Notes under the pieces: generated by a model
What the model saw: only the letters and a program-made list of their open reading frames with translations
Database searches by the model: none
What the model was told of the DNA's origin: nothing
NCBI RefSeq assembly: GCF_006345805.1
Contig: NC_043011.1
Span: 66,724,464-66,788,463 of the forward strand
Source: Octopus sinensis
Taxonomy: Eukaryota
DNA length: 64,000 bases
Reading direction: 5' to 3'
Part shown: one piece after another, positions 1 to 12,565 of the stretch
Layout: each line of letters opens with the position of its first letter
How positions within the stretch are numbered: the first letter of the stretch is position 1
Translations under genes and position numbers: made by a program

Positions 1-215
1 TCGGCATGGTCGGCTCATCGACAACTGAACTGGAAACCCCACCAGACTTGCTGTGAGAGGAGGATGCCGCTGGGCAACGTGCGCGATGAACAAAAAAACC
101 TGTTAAAGGGTGGATGAAGTCCTGAAGATCAACGGCCATCCAACAAAATGTCTGTATCCTCTTTTTCGTTTCTTATATGTGTATATGCATATATTTACTC
201 TCTCTCTCTCTCACT
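1..215. repeat. Interspersed repeat, second copy at ~11124-11340
   Basis: tcggcatggtcggctcatcgacaactgaactggaaacccc... occurs in both places, flanked by microsatellites. Confidence 0.7.
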
Positions 216-230
216 CCTTACATAAATTAT

Positions 231-760
231 GCTTTCAAAGGCACAAGTGAAATTTGACATTATCTTAAATATTTCACCTTGTTTCAAGTGAGATTTTGTA
301 TCCTCAAATAAATGGGTGCACATGTCACAACTATCCCGCCATTATTTTCCCTCTTTTTGTTCCTTTCTTAATCGATATAGTCTTTCGCCGATAAATAATG
401 TTGCCAATGGCATCGGTTGCAATTTGCCTTTGATAATTTTGCGTGCGCACAAATTTCCTCGATTGTTTTATCTCCAATGAGTACGGGCAGATTGTGAATG
501 ATGATATTGAATGACTTTTTGTATCTTGGGTTTTGTGAGGAGATGTGACTGCTTTTATATTTTGTGTGATTTTTCGGTTAACTTCCCTTAATGCTTGTAT
601 GGCTATTTCCTTTCTTCGCTTCACCCCTTCGTTTAATAATGATGGTGGGTAATGTCTTCTGCGGAGTGTCGAATTAAGTTCACAGAGTCTCCGTTTGCGG
701 GGATTGGTATCCGAAACTATAGTTTATACTCATTTCGTTAGATTATAAGGTATATTAAGT
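231..760 (-). mobile_element. Penelope-like retroelement fragment (post-RT region to start of GIY-YIG)
   Basis: Minus frames give RLCELNSTLRRRHYPPSLLNEG and CDMCTHL...GEIFKIMSNFTCAFESIIYV, typical of the PLE C-terminal region. Confidence 0.7.
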
Positions 761-1661
761 TTCAATATATTTGGGTTGGCATGAGTTAAATAACAGGTAT
801 GGTTTTGATTCTGTGGCCCTATAAAATATACAATGTACATTGCCTTGAGAGACGATGATATTTTTTTTATTTTAGATATGAGCACGGAAACCATTTGATA
901 TACATTTTACTCATATTTAAATTACAAGAAGGTTACAGTTACAAAACTCTAAGTATGGAGTACTCAAATTATAACAAATATTCCAACAGCTATAAACTTT
1001 TTAAACACATAAGATATAGCGATACTAATGAAAGACATAATTGCTTTCGTCCGAGTTATACTTTGCCACAGATTTTCAATACTACTCTGAAAGTAAAATG
1101 CATCACAGTTTTATATATGAGGAAGTATAATTAATGTCACATTGAAATATTTTCCAATACCTAACTGTTCTCGTTAAGGAATCGCCCGGTACATATGTGC
1201 ACTCAAATGTATGTTTTGTCGTAAGAGATTATATTTCATAATATAGTCTCTCGTGTGGGGCTATTTATTATAGCATCTCTGTTAAGTGATACTTCACGAT
1301 CCACAATGCGAAATCTTAATTAATGTAGAATTCCTGGCTTTCTTACCATTATTGATTCTGCTTCTATGGTACCATCTTCATCCGGGGTAAATACTTCCAA
1401 TGCGACATTAAAAACAATTTGAAAATTAAAAAAAACAATGACGCAGTGAAATTCGTTGAAATATCTCAGAGATATTTTAATCTATATTTAAAGCATACTG
1501 TGTAGGGCATTATTAGAATCCTCAATGTCACATATGAAATTGTAGACATTTGTAGTCCAGTCGTTCTAGTTGTGATACTGGAATTTCGTTGTTCGGCTCA
1601 TCTTTTTGAATAATTTTTTCAAATTAATACGCATATGTACTTCTAGTACCATAAGAAATAT

Positions 1662-4501
1662 TTATGCATGTGTGAGCAATAATGTTACAAAAGCAGCTCT
1701 GGATACTGGCTGACCGCTAACCTGTAAATGGAAGAAAAGTTTCGTTATTTGAGATTTAATAAAAACAATGACGTAACGTGAATTAGGTGAGCCTTTTTGC
1801 TAGTGAGATGTTTTACTGTGCAATTCTTATCACTTCCATTAATTTCCGAATAGTCTATGTTATCTTCGATGATATAAACACAAAATATATTAATCAGGGC
1901 CACATATAATTTTATGTTACTTATCAGGATTTGACAAGGTAGATTCCCCTATCAGGCGGAAGTGAATGTTGAGTTTTTTAAACATATACGCTATGTTTGC
2001 ATAGGTGCGCTTTCTTGTGCATACCCTATCTTGTACTTTTATTGATTTTAAGCCCGAACGTTGACGTAGGTTTACTCGAATTGTTGCTAGATTCCATTTA
2101 CACCCGCAGATGCTAACAATTGTTGAGGTAGAATAACTACGGTAATTACCAAACCAGCAGCCTTGAGATCATTGTTCATTAAGGGGAAACTACAGAATCC
2201 TATTCTTAAACACTTTCTTTTCAGTTATATACACGTAATAATTAGCTGTACCATTGAACAATTGTTCGATTTCAATTATATTTCGACGGGCTTGTAACCC
2301 CATAAATATTATATCATATGTATTATAAAGATTATACATATGGATGTTATCAAAATATATTCAAAATATTCCTGTACGGATAACTCTAGCGCATTCGTAT
2401 TATGAAACACTCAACGCATTCTCATAATTCTAATTCCTATGCTTACGGTGTAATTCAATGCTATTGTAACTACACGGCCTCTTAATATAATTTTCTAAAA
2501 CATAGAAACCATCTTTTAACTTTCTCAATCAAGGAAGGTTAAATAAATAACTGACGCGGGTATTTTACTGTGAACACTTCTACTTCAGTTAGGACGTTAT
2601 AATGCACCCTTTTGCTTTCCAGAGGCTTTGCATTATATTTTATGCCCATGTTACCGTTATCGAAGTCATATTGAAATCGATTACCATACTATGTTAATAA
2701 TAAAAAAAATATAGAGCGTCAATTACAACAGATAGGTAGCGAGAGTATTGTAGTGTATGAAAATGGCATTTATACTTCAAATCGATATGGTTGTCATATA
2801 TTGAAGACTCAGCGGCAGTAGAAATACTTTGCTTGCTCCAACTATGTTCCAGACGAGCTTGCCCGACGGAGAAGTATTCTGAAAAATATTTCGAATTGTG
2901 AAAAATTATTTTCAAAAGCAATAATAGATTCTCAGTCATATTCCCAGGCGAAAAATTATCCTCTGCTGAATATAGAAACCATAATATTATAATCGATTAG
3001 AAATCTTACAAACAAAACAAAATAGATTACACTTTACTGTTCGACTCTTTTACTTGTTTCAGTCATTTGACTGTGGCCATGCTGGAGCACCGCCTTTAGT
3101 CGAAGAAATCGACGCCAGGACTTTTCCTTTGTAAGCTTAGTACTTATTCTATCGGGGTTTTTACCGAACAGCTATGTTCCGGGGACGTAGACACACCAGC
3201 ATCAGTTGTCAAGTGATGTTGGGGAATAAACACAAACACGCACACACACATACATATATTCGATCGGCTTCTTTCAGTTTCCGCCTACCAGATCCACTCA
3301 CACGTCTTTGGTCTGTCTGAGGCTATAGTAGAAGACACTTGCCCAAGGTGCCACGCAGAGAGACTGAACCCAGAACCATGTGGTTGGTAAGCATGCTACT
3401 TACCAAACAGCCACACTTCCGCCATTACGTTTATTTCACTGCGGTGGCCCCTATAGCCTAATATTTACTTTTGAATTGAAAGAAAAGAAGATCGTAGCTA
3501 AACAGCTTTCGTTCTTTGTCCGCTCGATTGTTCCTTCAAGGATGATGTAAGGAAAATTAATGATTGTTTAGAATTATTAAAGAAAAGAAAACTTTTTGAA
3601 CCGTTAATTTCTGAATCGCTCATTTTAAATGGAAACATAACGAACACGATGCAGGGTACTTACCGGGCATTTCTTAGAACGTATGGTTTTGAAAGTGTAC
3701 TTGCAAAACTTCAACGATTTCTCGAAGCACTTTTCAAATTCATCGAAATTACTGGAAGGTAAAACCATAAATAAAAATTATACATTGCGGCATTCTTGCT
3801 TTGTTTATATTTTTAAAACCTCGATTCTGGAGCCAAACTCGACTTTCATATACCTTCTTTTGCATTGTCTCTCCGGCATATATATTCCTTTACCTGTTTC
3901 AGTCATTTTGGACAACAGCCCAGTTGGACAGACGCGTTTAGTTGAGCAAATCAAGCCCAGGACTTATTCTTTGTAAGCCTTGAACTTATTCTATCGATCT
4001 GTTTTGCCGAACCGCAATGTTACGGGAACGTAAACACACCAGCATCGGTTGTGAAGCGTTGTTGAAGGGGATACACATGCAATTATATACTCACACATAC
4101 ATATATATATCGATAGATAGATAGATAGATAGATAGATATACGACGTGTTTCTTTCAGCTACCAAATCCACTCGAAAGGCTTTAGTCGACCCTAGGATAT
4201 ATTAGAAGACACTTGCCCCAAATCCCGGTCAATCGCGTCAGACAATTGCTAGCGGAGATATCACGTTTCACTTGGTCTAGTTTAAAAACAAAATATTGTC
4301 TATATTTAAACGGACAAAGAGATTCGATATATTTATCAATGGACATATTAGGGTTCATTGCCGTGATTCCATATAAATACATGCAGCATTTTGGAATAGA
4401 TTTATAAAAGGAAATATTTGTCAATAAGCGAGTGTATAAATATTAAGTAAATACTCAATCGTAAAGTACAATCATATATAAATAAATAAATAAATAAATA
4501 A

Positions 4502-4586
<85 letters not shown>

Positions 4587-5811
4587 TATATATACATACC
4601 TACATACATACATATATATACATATTATACATATATAAACACTTATAAATTTAACTATAATTACCTGCAATATAACTCTGGATTCAATACAGGGTCTGCA
4701 TAGGTAGAAGGGCATTTACGTCTTGCAGATTGAAGGTATTCCCATTTAAATGATATTACGCCTAAAATATGTGAGGTTCCTCTTGAAAATTTTTTAAGAT
4801 TTTTCCGAAATTAATTTTTTTGTTAAATTAGAAATCATTTCCGTTTGATAGGCATTCATATGATACATATTATAGATGTGGGTGTTTGATGTTCTGTTGT
4901 TTGATGTTTGATGTTTGATGTTCTGTTCTGTGTATGTTTGAGTGTGGTGAAGATGTTTCAATATAGTTCTGACCGTGTATTATGTAACTATAATTACCTG
5001 CAGAATATCTTTGATCGAGGGTCTGCATAGGTAGAAGGGCATTTACGTCTTGCAGATCCAAGGCAATCCGGTTTCGCTGTCATTACGCCTAAAATATGAG
5101 GTTTCTCTTGAAAATTTTAAAAGATTTTTCCGGAATTAATTTTTTTGTTAAATTACAAATCATTTCCGTTTGATAGGCATTCATATGATACATATTATAC
5201 ATGTGGGTGTTTGATGTTCTGTTCTGTGTATGTTTGAGTGTGGTGAAGATGTTTCAATATAGTTCTGACCGTGTATTTGTCACAATTTATACTGTGTTTT
5301 TCAGCTCACATAAGTACGCCACTTTACAGGAAACACGCCTCGTATCGAATGTCCTCGTTCATCACGTTTCTCACTCCGATACATAATGGTGTTTGGAAAT
5401 GGCCTCCATTTGTTTACCAGGATTATTATCGATAATATTCAGTGTTCGTTGTATAAACTGCGGTATCTTAACGCTTTCTACTGGAGGAATATTCCATTCA
5501 GGGTCTACCATATCGGATTGCAAAGGTAATTCAGTTGCTTGTACAACTGCGTGTTCACAATGGGAACGACAGAATGAGCTCTCCGTTTTGCCCTTGTAAC
5601 AATCTTGTTCCGTCAATTTGTCAGCATCACAAAGACCTCGAAACAATTTCACAATACATTTTTAATAACCCTGTTCAGGTACCTATCACAATCTTGTTCC
5701 TTGGACGTGGTATAAGAAGTTTTATATTATGAACACAACTCATAGACCAAAATATTTTGATTACAGATATTGTTTTATAAAGTTCTCATGTAGAATATAT
5801 ATATATATATA

Positions 5812-5884
<73 letters not shown>

Positions 5885-8800
5885 GGGGGGGGTTATCATG
5901 TAGAATATGTATATATAAAAATTAGCAAAGAACGTAATAAAATGTTTCTAAAGAAAAAAATGAGTTAACTCCTCTAAAGTTGATTTATCAGATAACGGAA
6001 TATTTGTTACCTTTTGGAAGAATTATTTAATAATAAACGCTAATGACTGAATTCTGTGGAAAAGTTTCTATTCTATTTGGCAACGGATTTCTTATGAACA
6101 TGTTTAGATGTTTCCATTAACGCGCAAATAGTGAGCGGTGTTCCGCCGGGCACTGTTTTGGGACCCCTTCTGTTCATAATGGCCCTCTCAGACATGCCCT
6201 CAGCCACGCAGAGAGCCACGATCACAAGTTATGCAGATGATACAAAAGTTTGACAGGAAATACAGAACCCTGAGGACACTAAACGCCTGCAATGTGAGCT
6301 GGACAAAATATACAAGTGGGCTGAAAAGAATAGCATGCAGTTCAATGCTGAAAAGTTTCAAGCTTTATACTACCAGCATGCAAAACTAAATGCAATACCA
6401 AATGAATACACTGAACCCGGAGGAACTGCAATCCCAGAGGCACAATCAGTGCGTGACCTGGGTATTTACATGAGTGATGACGCAACCTTTCGTGTACATG
6501 TTGCTAAATTAGCAATGAAATGTAGACGACTGGCCGGATGGATTCTCAGAACCTTTAGAACAAGAGAACAAGAAACCATGATGGTCCTCTGGAGGACACT
6601 TGTCCTAAGCCACTTTGACTATTGCTCTCAGCTATGGTCACCATCCAGTGTCAAGCTGATCACAGAACTTGAGGCGATCCAACGTAGCTACACGAAGAAG
6701 ATAGCCTCTGTGCAGAATATAAGCTACTGGGAAAGACTCAAGAGATTAAAACCCTATTCCTTGGAGCGTAGGCGAGAAAACCATGCCATGATATACAACT
6801 GCAATATCCTGGAAGGACTTGTCCCAAACTTTGGCATCGAGAGTTACACAAATGCCAGAACTGGGCGCCACTGCATGGTGCCTAGGACTCCAAATTTGCC
6901 ATCAGGATGTAGGACAAGATACTGTGATAATCTGGGCTTCCGAGGACCACAGCTCTTCAATATCCTCCCGAATAACCTAAGAGACCTGCATGGGTTGTAT
7001 GCAGATGTCTTTAAAATGAAACTGGATCTCTTCAGGAGGTGCAGATGAGGGCAGCTGCATCGAACTCTCTCATGCACCAAATGGCAGTTGCTAAAAAGCA
7101 TTCGTGAAGTAAAACCATGTAGCAACACCAAATGGCTGTGCCCCAGCATGGCCACAGCTCGTGAGCTGAAACTAGAATCAATCAATCAATCAATCATATA
7201 TATATATAACACTTGTTTCATGGGTGTGCGGTAATAAGTTTGCTTTCCAAACACATGGTTTCCTACGTCCGGCCTTGTACGTGGAACTTGACTGTCACTA
7301 CATAAAACTGGTGATTTCGTAATGCATTAAAGAACTCGTTTATTTAAATATTGTAAATCTGTAACAATTGCAAATGATAAAATGTGAAAAGGGGAATTTG
7401 TTGGAATTTTATTGATTAATATATCACTTTGCAAGAAAAGTACAAGTTCACTGTGTCCATTCTTGGCCCTCTAATTGATGAAAATGGCACTCTACAAGAG
7501 AAAGTCGAAACCATGTATGAGATACAGCAGAAAAAGTACTGCTCTGTTATCAGCAATCTCAATATGGCCTATCTGGTCTGTATCAGTCAGGTTCATCTTC
7601 AGCACACCCAAGACTTGGCCCACGTGCTATCCACCCACAACATAAAACATACTCGCAGCACAAAACATTATTAGGGCACATTTATGTTACCTCAATTGGA
7701 CCCGGTCCCTCTAACATTATACTAAAACACATGAAAGCAGAAACAGTGACCATCCAGTTTAAGACGTCTTCGGACAAATTTCTCCAAGAATTATAGGATA
7801 AACCTCATACACTCGGATATGCCTCTGTAAGTAATAACTCTATTTTCGAATGGGCCATGTATGTATGTATGTACGTATGTATGTATGTATGTATGTATGT
7901 ATGTATGTATGTATGTATGTATGTATGTATGTATGTATTTATGTATGTATGTATGTATGTATGTATTATGTATGTATGTATGTATGTATGTATGTATGTA
8001 TGTATGTATGTATGTATGTATGTATGTATGTATGTATATGGAACAAAAACGTAATAGAGGACAATAAAACATTCGGACCCATAGACTGGAGAAAAAAACA
8101 ATTAGAACAACAGGAAAAAAGACGGGCCATTTGTGGCCTTATTTCATCAGTCAAGTTTACCAGATGTCCTTACTGCTTCCCGAAATTACATTTGAGACAT
8201 TTCGATCTGGTTGCCCCCAAAAGATTCTTAGCTAAGTGAATTAGATATTTTTGGAAGAAAGTTAGCGAATGTGTACGAAAACAAAGACAAAAAAAGGAGA
8301 ACATGGTATGCAATTTCAAATACAACCAACATGAAATTAGCAACAGGTGTCTTTCGATTGAAGTGGCGTGCATGAAGTGAAAGCCTAAAGGCAGGAACAT
8401 AGGAGATGGACACAAGAGGTGTTGGCGGTGGCATTCAGGCCAAGAAAGAAAGATCATGGCTGCCCAGACACCGGCCACTTGGAAGGAGGAGAGAGGTGTA
8501 GGAGGCAGCGGGATTGAAGGATTAGCGAAAATCAGCATTCGGACAGACAGATGATACAAAGGCCGACAGGAGAAACAACATTTAGGTCAGAAAATAAAGA
8601 GAGTCATTCGCGTCTTTCTTTCATCAGTCAAGTTTACAAGTCGTCCTCATTTTTTCGGACACAACAAGGTGTCCGATTAGTATTTGCGAGGAGAGATCAT
8701 CGCTTCTATCTATTCCTGGTCTTACGTGATCCATACTAGTTAGTCATTAACATGCGCTAAGGACGGGTAACCACCCGGAACCTCGAGTCTGTGTGTATCA

Positions 8801-9490
8801 CGTAAAGCTAGAGATGGGAGCGTTGACCTTCCCTCGCAAATGCTAATCGGACAAAGAATGTGTATCGTTAGCTAACTGGAGGAAATGTCTTCAAGGGGCT
8901 ATAAACGCCAGTATCACTATCCCGTATGTGACTTCACCTTTGGCTGGCAATTCTGTATTGTTACGATCCTGTATTGCTACAGGGTACATCTTGCTCGGAT
9001 ATTTAATCTAGATTATTTCTCCACTTTCGAGATCAGCGACGGTTGGTCGCTGCAGAAAGCATCTGGTATTTTGCGAGTTGGGTGAGTTTTCATCACTAGC
9101 TTCCGATGAACACATGCTGATTACGGGTAACCACCTAGAAACTCAGCTTCGGGTGTATCACTAAGGGTAGGGAGGGGAGCGATGACCATCCCTCGCAAAT
9201 TATAATCGGAAACAGAATGTGTTGTTAGTTGGAGGAGACGTTTTCCTGGAGCTATAAACGCTAGTAGTACAGACCCGTAGGGGACGCCGCACTTGGTTGG
9301 CAAATATATGTTACGTTTCAGTATTGCTACTGTTTGCAGATTTAATATAGCTATGCGTGAGCGGCTGTGTGTGTGTGTGTGCGTTGTGTGTTTGTCTAAA
9401 TATGTTTGTCAGTATGGATGTATGTATGTACGTATGTATGTATGTATGTATGTATGTATGTATGTATGTATGTATGTATGTATGTATGTA

Positions 9491-9530
<40 letters not shown>

Positions 9531-10208
9531 AATGAATGAATTCATGTGTGCATGCAAGAATAAGGAGAATTAAAAAATGGTTGATGCAAAATGTATATAG
9601 TACTCCATCCCGTATATTTTGCGCACAAATACGAACAACTATTGCCATTGAGCGCATAAGAGAAAGTAGATTATTGGAATCACTCGTCCTAGTCTGTTTG
9701 TTTACTCATTTACAAAATCCTTGCCAAAAAACGGTTCAATGGATATTCATGAAAATTGGTAAAACAAACTCAGTGGTTCAGTGGTTCGCAGTGATGATAT
9801 GTTGGCTTAATTATCTTCAAACATGCATAATGCATACATACATTTGCGACTGCCTGTGAGCCTGTGTGTGTACCGTGATGGATTCGAGTCTTTCGTTTAT
9901 TTACCAGTTGATTTTTGAATTTCAGAGGAGTATGCTTATCATGGTGATACTTAAGACACAAAAATTAAATGGAACTTACAAATTTCCCGATAAGCAAGTT
10001 TAATGAAACCTTTCCAAATCTTCATTCAATTCAATTAAAAATCATGGATAAGCAACGCATTGTAAACCACATGATAACTGGCCAAAATATTTATCTGAGT
10101 GCAGGGTTTCATCTCACTTCTAGTGCCTATTTCTTTTCTCATTATAAATTAATTTCCATAAAGCTACTTACGGGAAATGAGGAAGACGAAGACGATAAAA
10201 TGCTTCAT
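1662..10208 (-). CDS. Array gene 1: putative small secreted/GPI-anchored six-Cys protein (91 aa), 4 coding exons
   Basis: Exons 10172-10208 (MKHFIVFVFLIS, donor GTAAGT), 4998-5088 (AG/GTAATT), 3664-3751 (acceptor ttttaccttccAG, donor GTAAGT), 1662-1721 (acceptor ttccatttacAG). Phases 1/2/0 join in frame: MKHFIVFVFLISRVMTAKPDCLGSARRKCPSTYADPRSKIFCSNFDEFEKCFEKSLKFCKYTFKTIRSKKCPVSGQPVSRAAFVTLLLTHA*. Manual translation. Confidence 0.75.
2102..2189 (-). other. 88-nt exon-like cassette in intron 3 (also 13684-13771 and 25733-25820)
   Basis: ctgtAG...GTAAAT conserved in diverged copies; same length as exon 3; open in the phase 2-to-0 frame (FPLMNNDLKAAGLVITVVILPQQLLASAG / FLRMKNDAIAAGVISPVVLVHQPLAASAI). 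Confidence 0.35.
2447..2688 (-). other. Two candidate cryptic exons in intron 3 (2556-2688 and 2447-2494)
   Basis: 133-nt phase 0-to-1 frame YGNRF...EVFTVKYP with donor GTCAGT; 48-nt phase 1-to-1 frame NYIKRPCSYNSIELH with ttttAG/GTAAGC; homologous frames stay open at ~14.0-14.3 kb (upper acceptor there is AA) and ~26.1-26.3 kb. Confidence 0.3.
3045..3415 (-). mobile_element. tRNA-derived SINE (Octopus-type)
   Basis: tRNA-like head on minus (gtggctgtttggtaagtagc...ggttctgggttcagt...caccttgggcaagtgtcttc); body repeated at 3895-4230. Confidence 0.7.
3895..4230 (-). mobile_element. SINE copy, same family as 3045-3415
   Basis: Shared ctgtttcagtcatt...ggacttattctttgtaagcct...acaccagcatcggttgt segments; internal (gata)n. 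Confidence 0.65.
4665..4761 (-). CDS. Duplicate exon 2 of gene 1 (alternative exon 2b)
   Basis: 97 nt, ttttAG/GTAATT intact, open frame VISFKWEYLQSARRKCPSTYADPVLNPELYC; first Cys replaced by Tyr; lies in a ~330 bp local tandem duplication. Confidence 0.6.
6115..7195 (+). mobile_element. CR1-group LINE, 5'-truncated RT 3' end
   Basis: SGVPPGTVLGPLLF and SYADDTK motifs, ORF 6335-7048 (FDYCSQLWSP, LERRRE), (aatc)n tail. Confidence 0.85.
7430..7800 (+). mobile_element. CR1-like LINE fragment (GPLIDENG region)
   Basis: ORF 7429-7674; homologous to ~30100-30300. Confidence 0.5.
7857..8037. repeat. (TATG)n microsatellite
   Basis: Direct reading; source of the MYVC/HTYI pseudo-ORFs. Confidence 0.95.
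8040..9340 (+). mobile_element. Probable decayed LTR retroelement remnant
   Basis: Purine tract followed by TG near 8490-8500; diverged ~170 bp direct repeat (8760-8920 vs 9125-9270) with a ctataaa motif; no intact ORF. Confidence 0.35.
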
Positions 10209-10328
10209 TGTCTAATTTCGTGACGAATATCTCGTAGTCTGGCGATTCGCATCGTGGAAACATATGTTATAATTAAATATGATGTGACATATGTTTCAAC
10301 TGACAGAGACAGCTTGTGAATGTGATCA

Positions 10329-10345
10329 ATGACATGCAATGTCAT
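10329..10345. promoter_or_regulatory. Conserved palindrome ATGACA-N5-TGTCAT upstream of exon 1
   Basis: Also at 33886-33902 and 53918-53934; degenerate at 21080-21096 and 62687-62703; about 110-135 nt upstream of the start codon in all five copies. Confidence 0.35.
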
Positions 10346-10871
10346 AATACATTCTCCTATGTTTATTCTTCTACTTTCACGAGCCCCACAGTTGTGTAAA
10401 AGATAGTTTTACATAAATCTGTGATATTTGTGTGCACCCGTACTTCGTGAACGAAGAACAAATTTCGTTTCTAATCTAGGCACAACGCCCGAAATTTTAG
10501 GAGAAGGGATCAGCTGATTAGATCGACCCCGAAGAGATGAAAGGCAAAGGCGACCTCGGCAGAAAGGAAGGAGAATATTACAAATACGTGTTCAGCCTAA
10601 ATTTAACAACTATTATTTATCTATTTTTTAAGGAAACATTTCATGAATTTCTTACACTTCTACGTCTTTGGAGAGCATATATATCCATGTTTCAATTGAG
10701 AAAATGTCAGATGACATGAAGAAATGGAAGCCATTTGACAATTAGGTCCAAATTTGGGGACGAGACAAGCTATTTCAAACTTTTCTTTCTCCACTAATTG
10801 CCTTCTCATTGCCTCACATCCACATACTTATAATTGCTTTCTAAAAATTACATAATAATAATAATAATATA

Positions 10872-11016
<145 letters not shown>

Positions 11017-11343
11017 GTATATATATATACGTATTCATTGCTATATATGTTATTTTTATAATTGCTTTCTAAAAATTACACATTAATATATATATACATA
11101 TACGTATATATATATATATATATGTCGGCATGGTCGGCTCATCGACAACTGAACTGGAAACCCCACCAGGCTTGCTGTGAGAGGAGGATGCCGCTGGACA
11201 ACGTGCGGGATGAACAATAAAACCTGTTAAAGGGTGGATGAAGTCCTGAAGATCAACGGCCATCCAACAAAATGCCTGTATCCTCTTTTTCATTTCTTAT
11301 ATGTGTATATGCATATACTTACACACTCTCTCTCTCTCTCTCT

Positions 11344-11416
<73 letters not shown>

Positions 11417-11540
11417 TATGTCTTTTAATTGTATATCTTTTACTTTTCTTTATACAATATTATTTATTTGTACTTCTTATGGACACATCACACGTTTTTA
11501 TTATTTATTTTATATATATTTATATATATATATATATATA

Positions 11541-12565
11541 TACTGGCATTAAAGACCCGTCGTTGCCGGGTCATAGTGCTAGTGCATGTATATATGTGTA
11601 TATATATGTGTACATATTACATGTACATCTATATATATACATCTACACATAAAATACAAAATACAAAGTTATATCTTGATATCAGTAATGATAACAATAC
11701 TCAAAATATATAACAGACTGGAATTGTTAGCCCGCCTCTTGTAATTTCGATCAATTGTATCTTGTCCTCCCTCTTGTATAGAAGTGTGGCTACAATCCAG
11801 CCTACTTCTTCTTCTGGGGGGGGGGGCATTTAAATTTTTTTTCCCGGGATGTCCTACGTCCCAGATATAAAGTTAAAAATAAAATATTTGCACTTTACAA
11901 GTTTGAATCGAGTACTCCCTTGCACGCTCCATTGACTCGAACCTTGCTTCTATTGTGGCGAATTTACCCCGTCTGATTAGATATATTTCATAGTCGCACC
12001 AAGACACTTTTCGAAGGTGCTTTCCTCCATGTGTGCAAATCTTCTTTTTTGTCTACATATTATACTTTATAGACTATAGTCTTTACTTTAATTTAATTTT
12101 TTATTATCCATCTGGACTATTCCATTTCTGCACGCTAATTTTATTTTTAATTTAGTCCCATTCATGTCAAACCACTTATTCAAGTTCAAGTAACTGATGC
12201 AATTTCATACCAATTGCTATTTTTACTTTTGTTATGTTACGATTATATTATACTTTAGTTTGATTTTAATTATTACTTACTACATATAATTCAATTGTTA
12301 TTATTATTTTTATTGTTAAAGTGAAAGAATCTGACATAAAATAGAGAAAAATTTTTGTTTCACTTTTAACACGTAATACTGAAATAGTGGAGAACATATG
12401 ATATTGCTATGGGCTTGCTCTAGGCAAGAAGTTGTACATGATACTCCCCGGACCCTAAGTAAGGCATGTGTAAAATTTGAATGAAATTGGTTGTGTAGTT
12501 CTCAAGTTTTAGGAAAACACACAGACATACAGACAGACACACATTCTCAGTTTTATATATATAAA
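11541..12565 (+). mobile_element. Non-autonomous Helitron/Helentron-like element
   Basis: 5' actggc...gacccgtcgttgccgggtc hairpin; 3' aaatttgaatgaaattgg...gtagttctcaagtt...(cagaca)n...cattctcagttttatatata, typical of HINE/DINE-like ends. Confidence 0.55.

Larger units (their letters stand above)
231..2950. repeat. Segmental duplicate of ~23881-26570 (near-identical)
   Basis: Line-by-line near identity by eye, including the Penelope remnant and exon 4; identity breaks near 2950/26570. Confidence 0.9.

Noticed and set aside
331-624. 97-aa ORF MKRRKEIAIQ... as a host gene
   Set aside because: Part of a decayed Penelope-like ORF.
2102-2189. Shared in-frame TGA before CW...IC as a selenocysteine codon
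   Set aside because: No SECIS identified, phase 0-to-1 does not fit the gene model, and a shared ancestral stop or another reading frame explains it more simply.
2694-2939. 81-aa minus ORF MTENLLLLLK... (also 26312-26551)
   Set aside because: Repeated only because of the recent duplication; the diverged copy at ~14.4-14.5 kb has an in-frame stop; it lies in predicted intron 3.
5190-5330. NYIETSS... and KWRPFP...VKW segments as extra coding exons of intron 1
   Set aside because: The implied intron is only 45 nt (19 nt in gene 3) and the acceptors are not conserved.
5371-5652. Protein-looking ORF MKLFRGLCDADKLTEQDC...
   Set aside because: Homologs at 29.4-29.9 kb and 49.1-49.7 kb are interrupted by a long indel and a stop; no consistent splice frame found; treated as intron 1.
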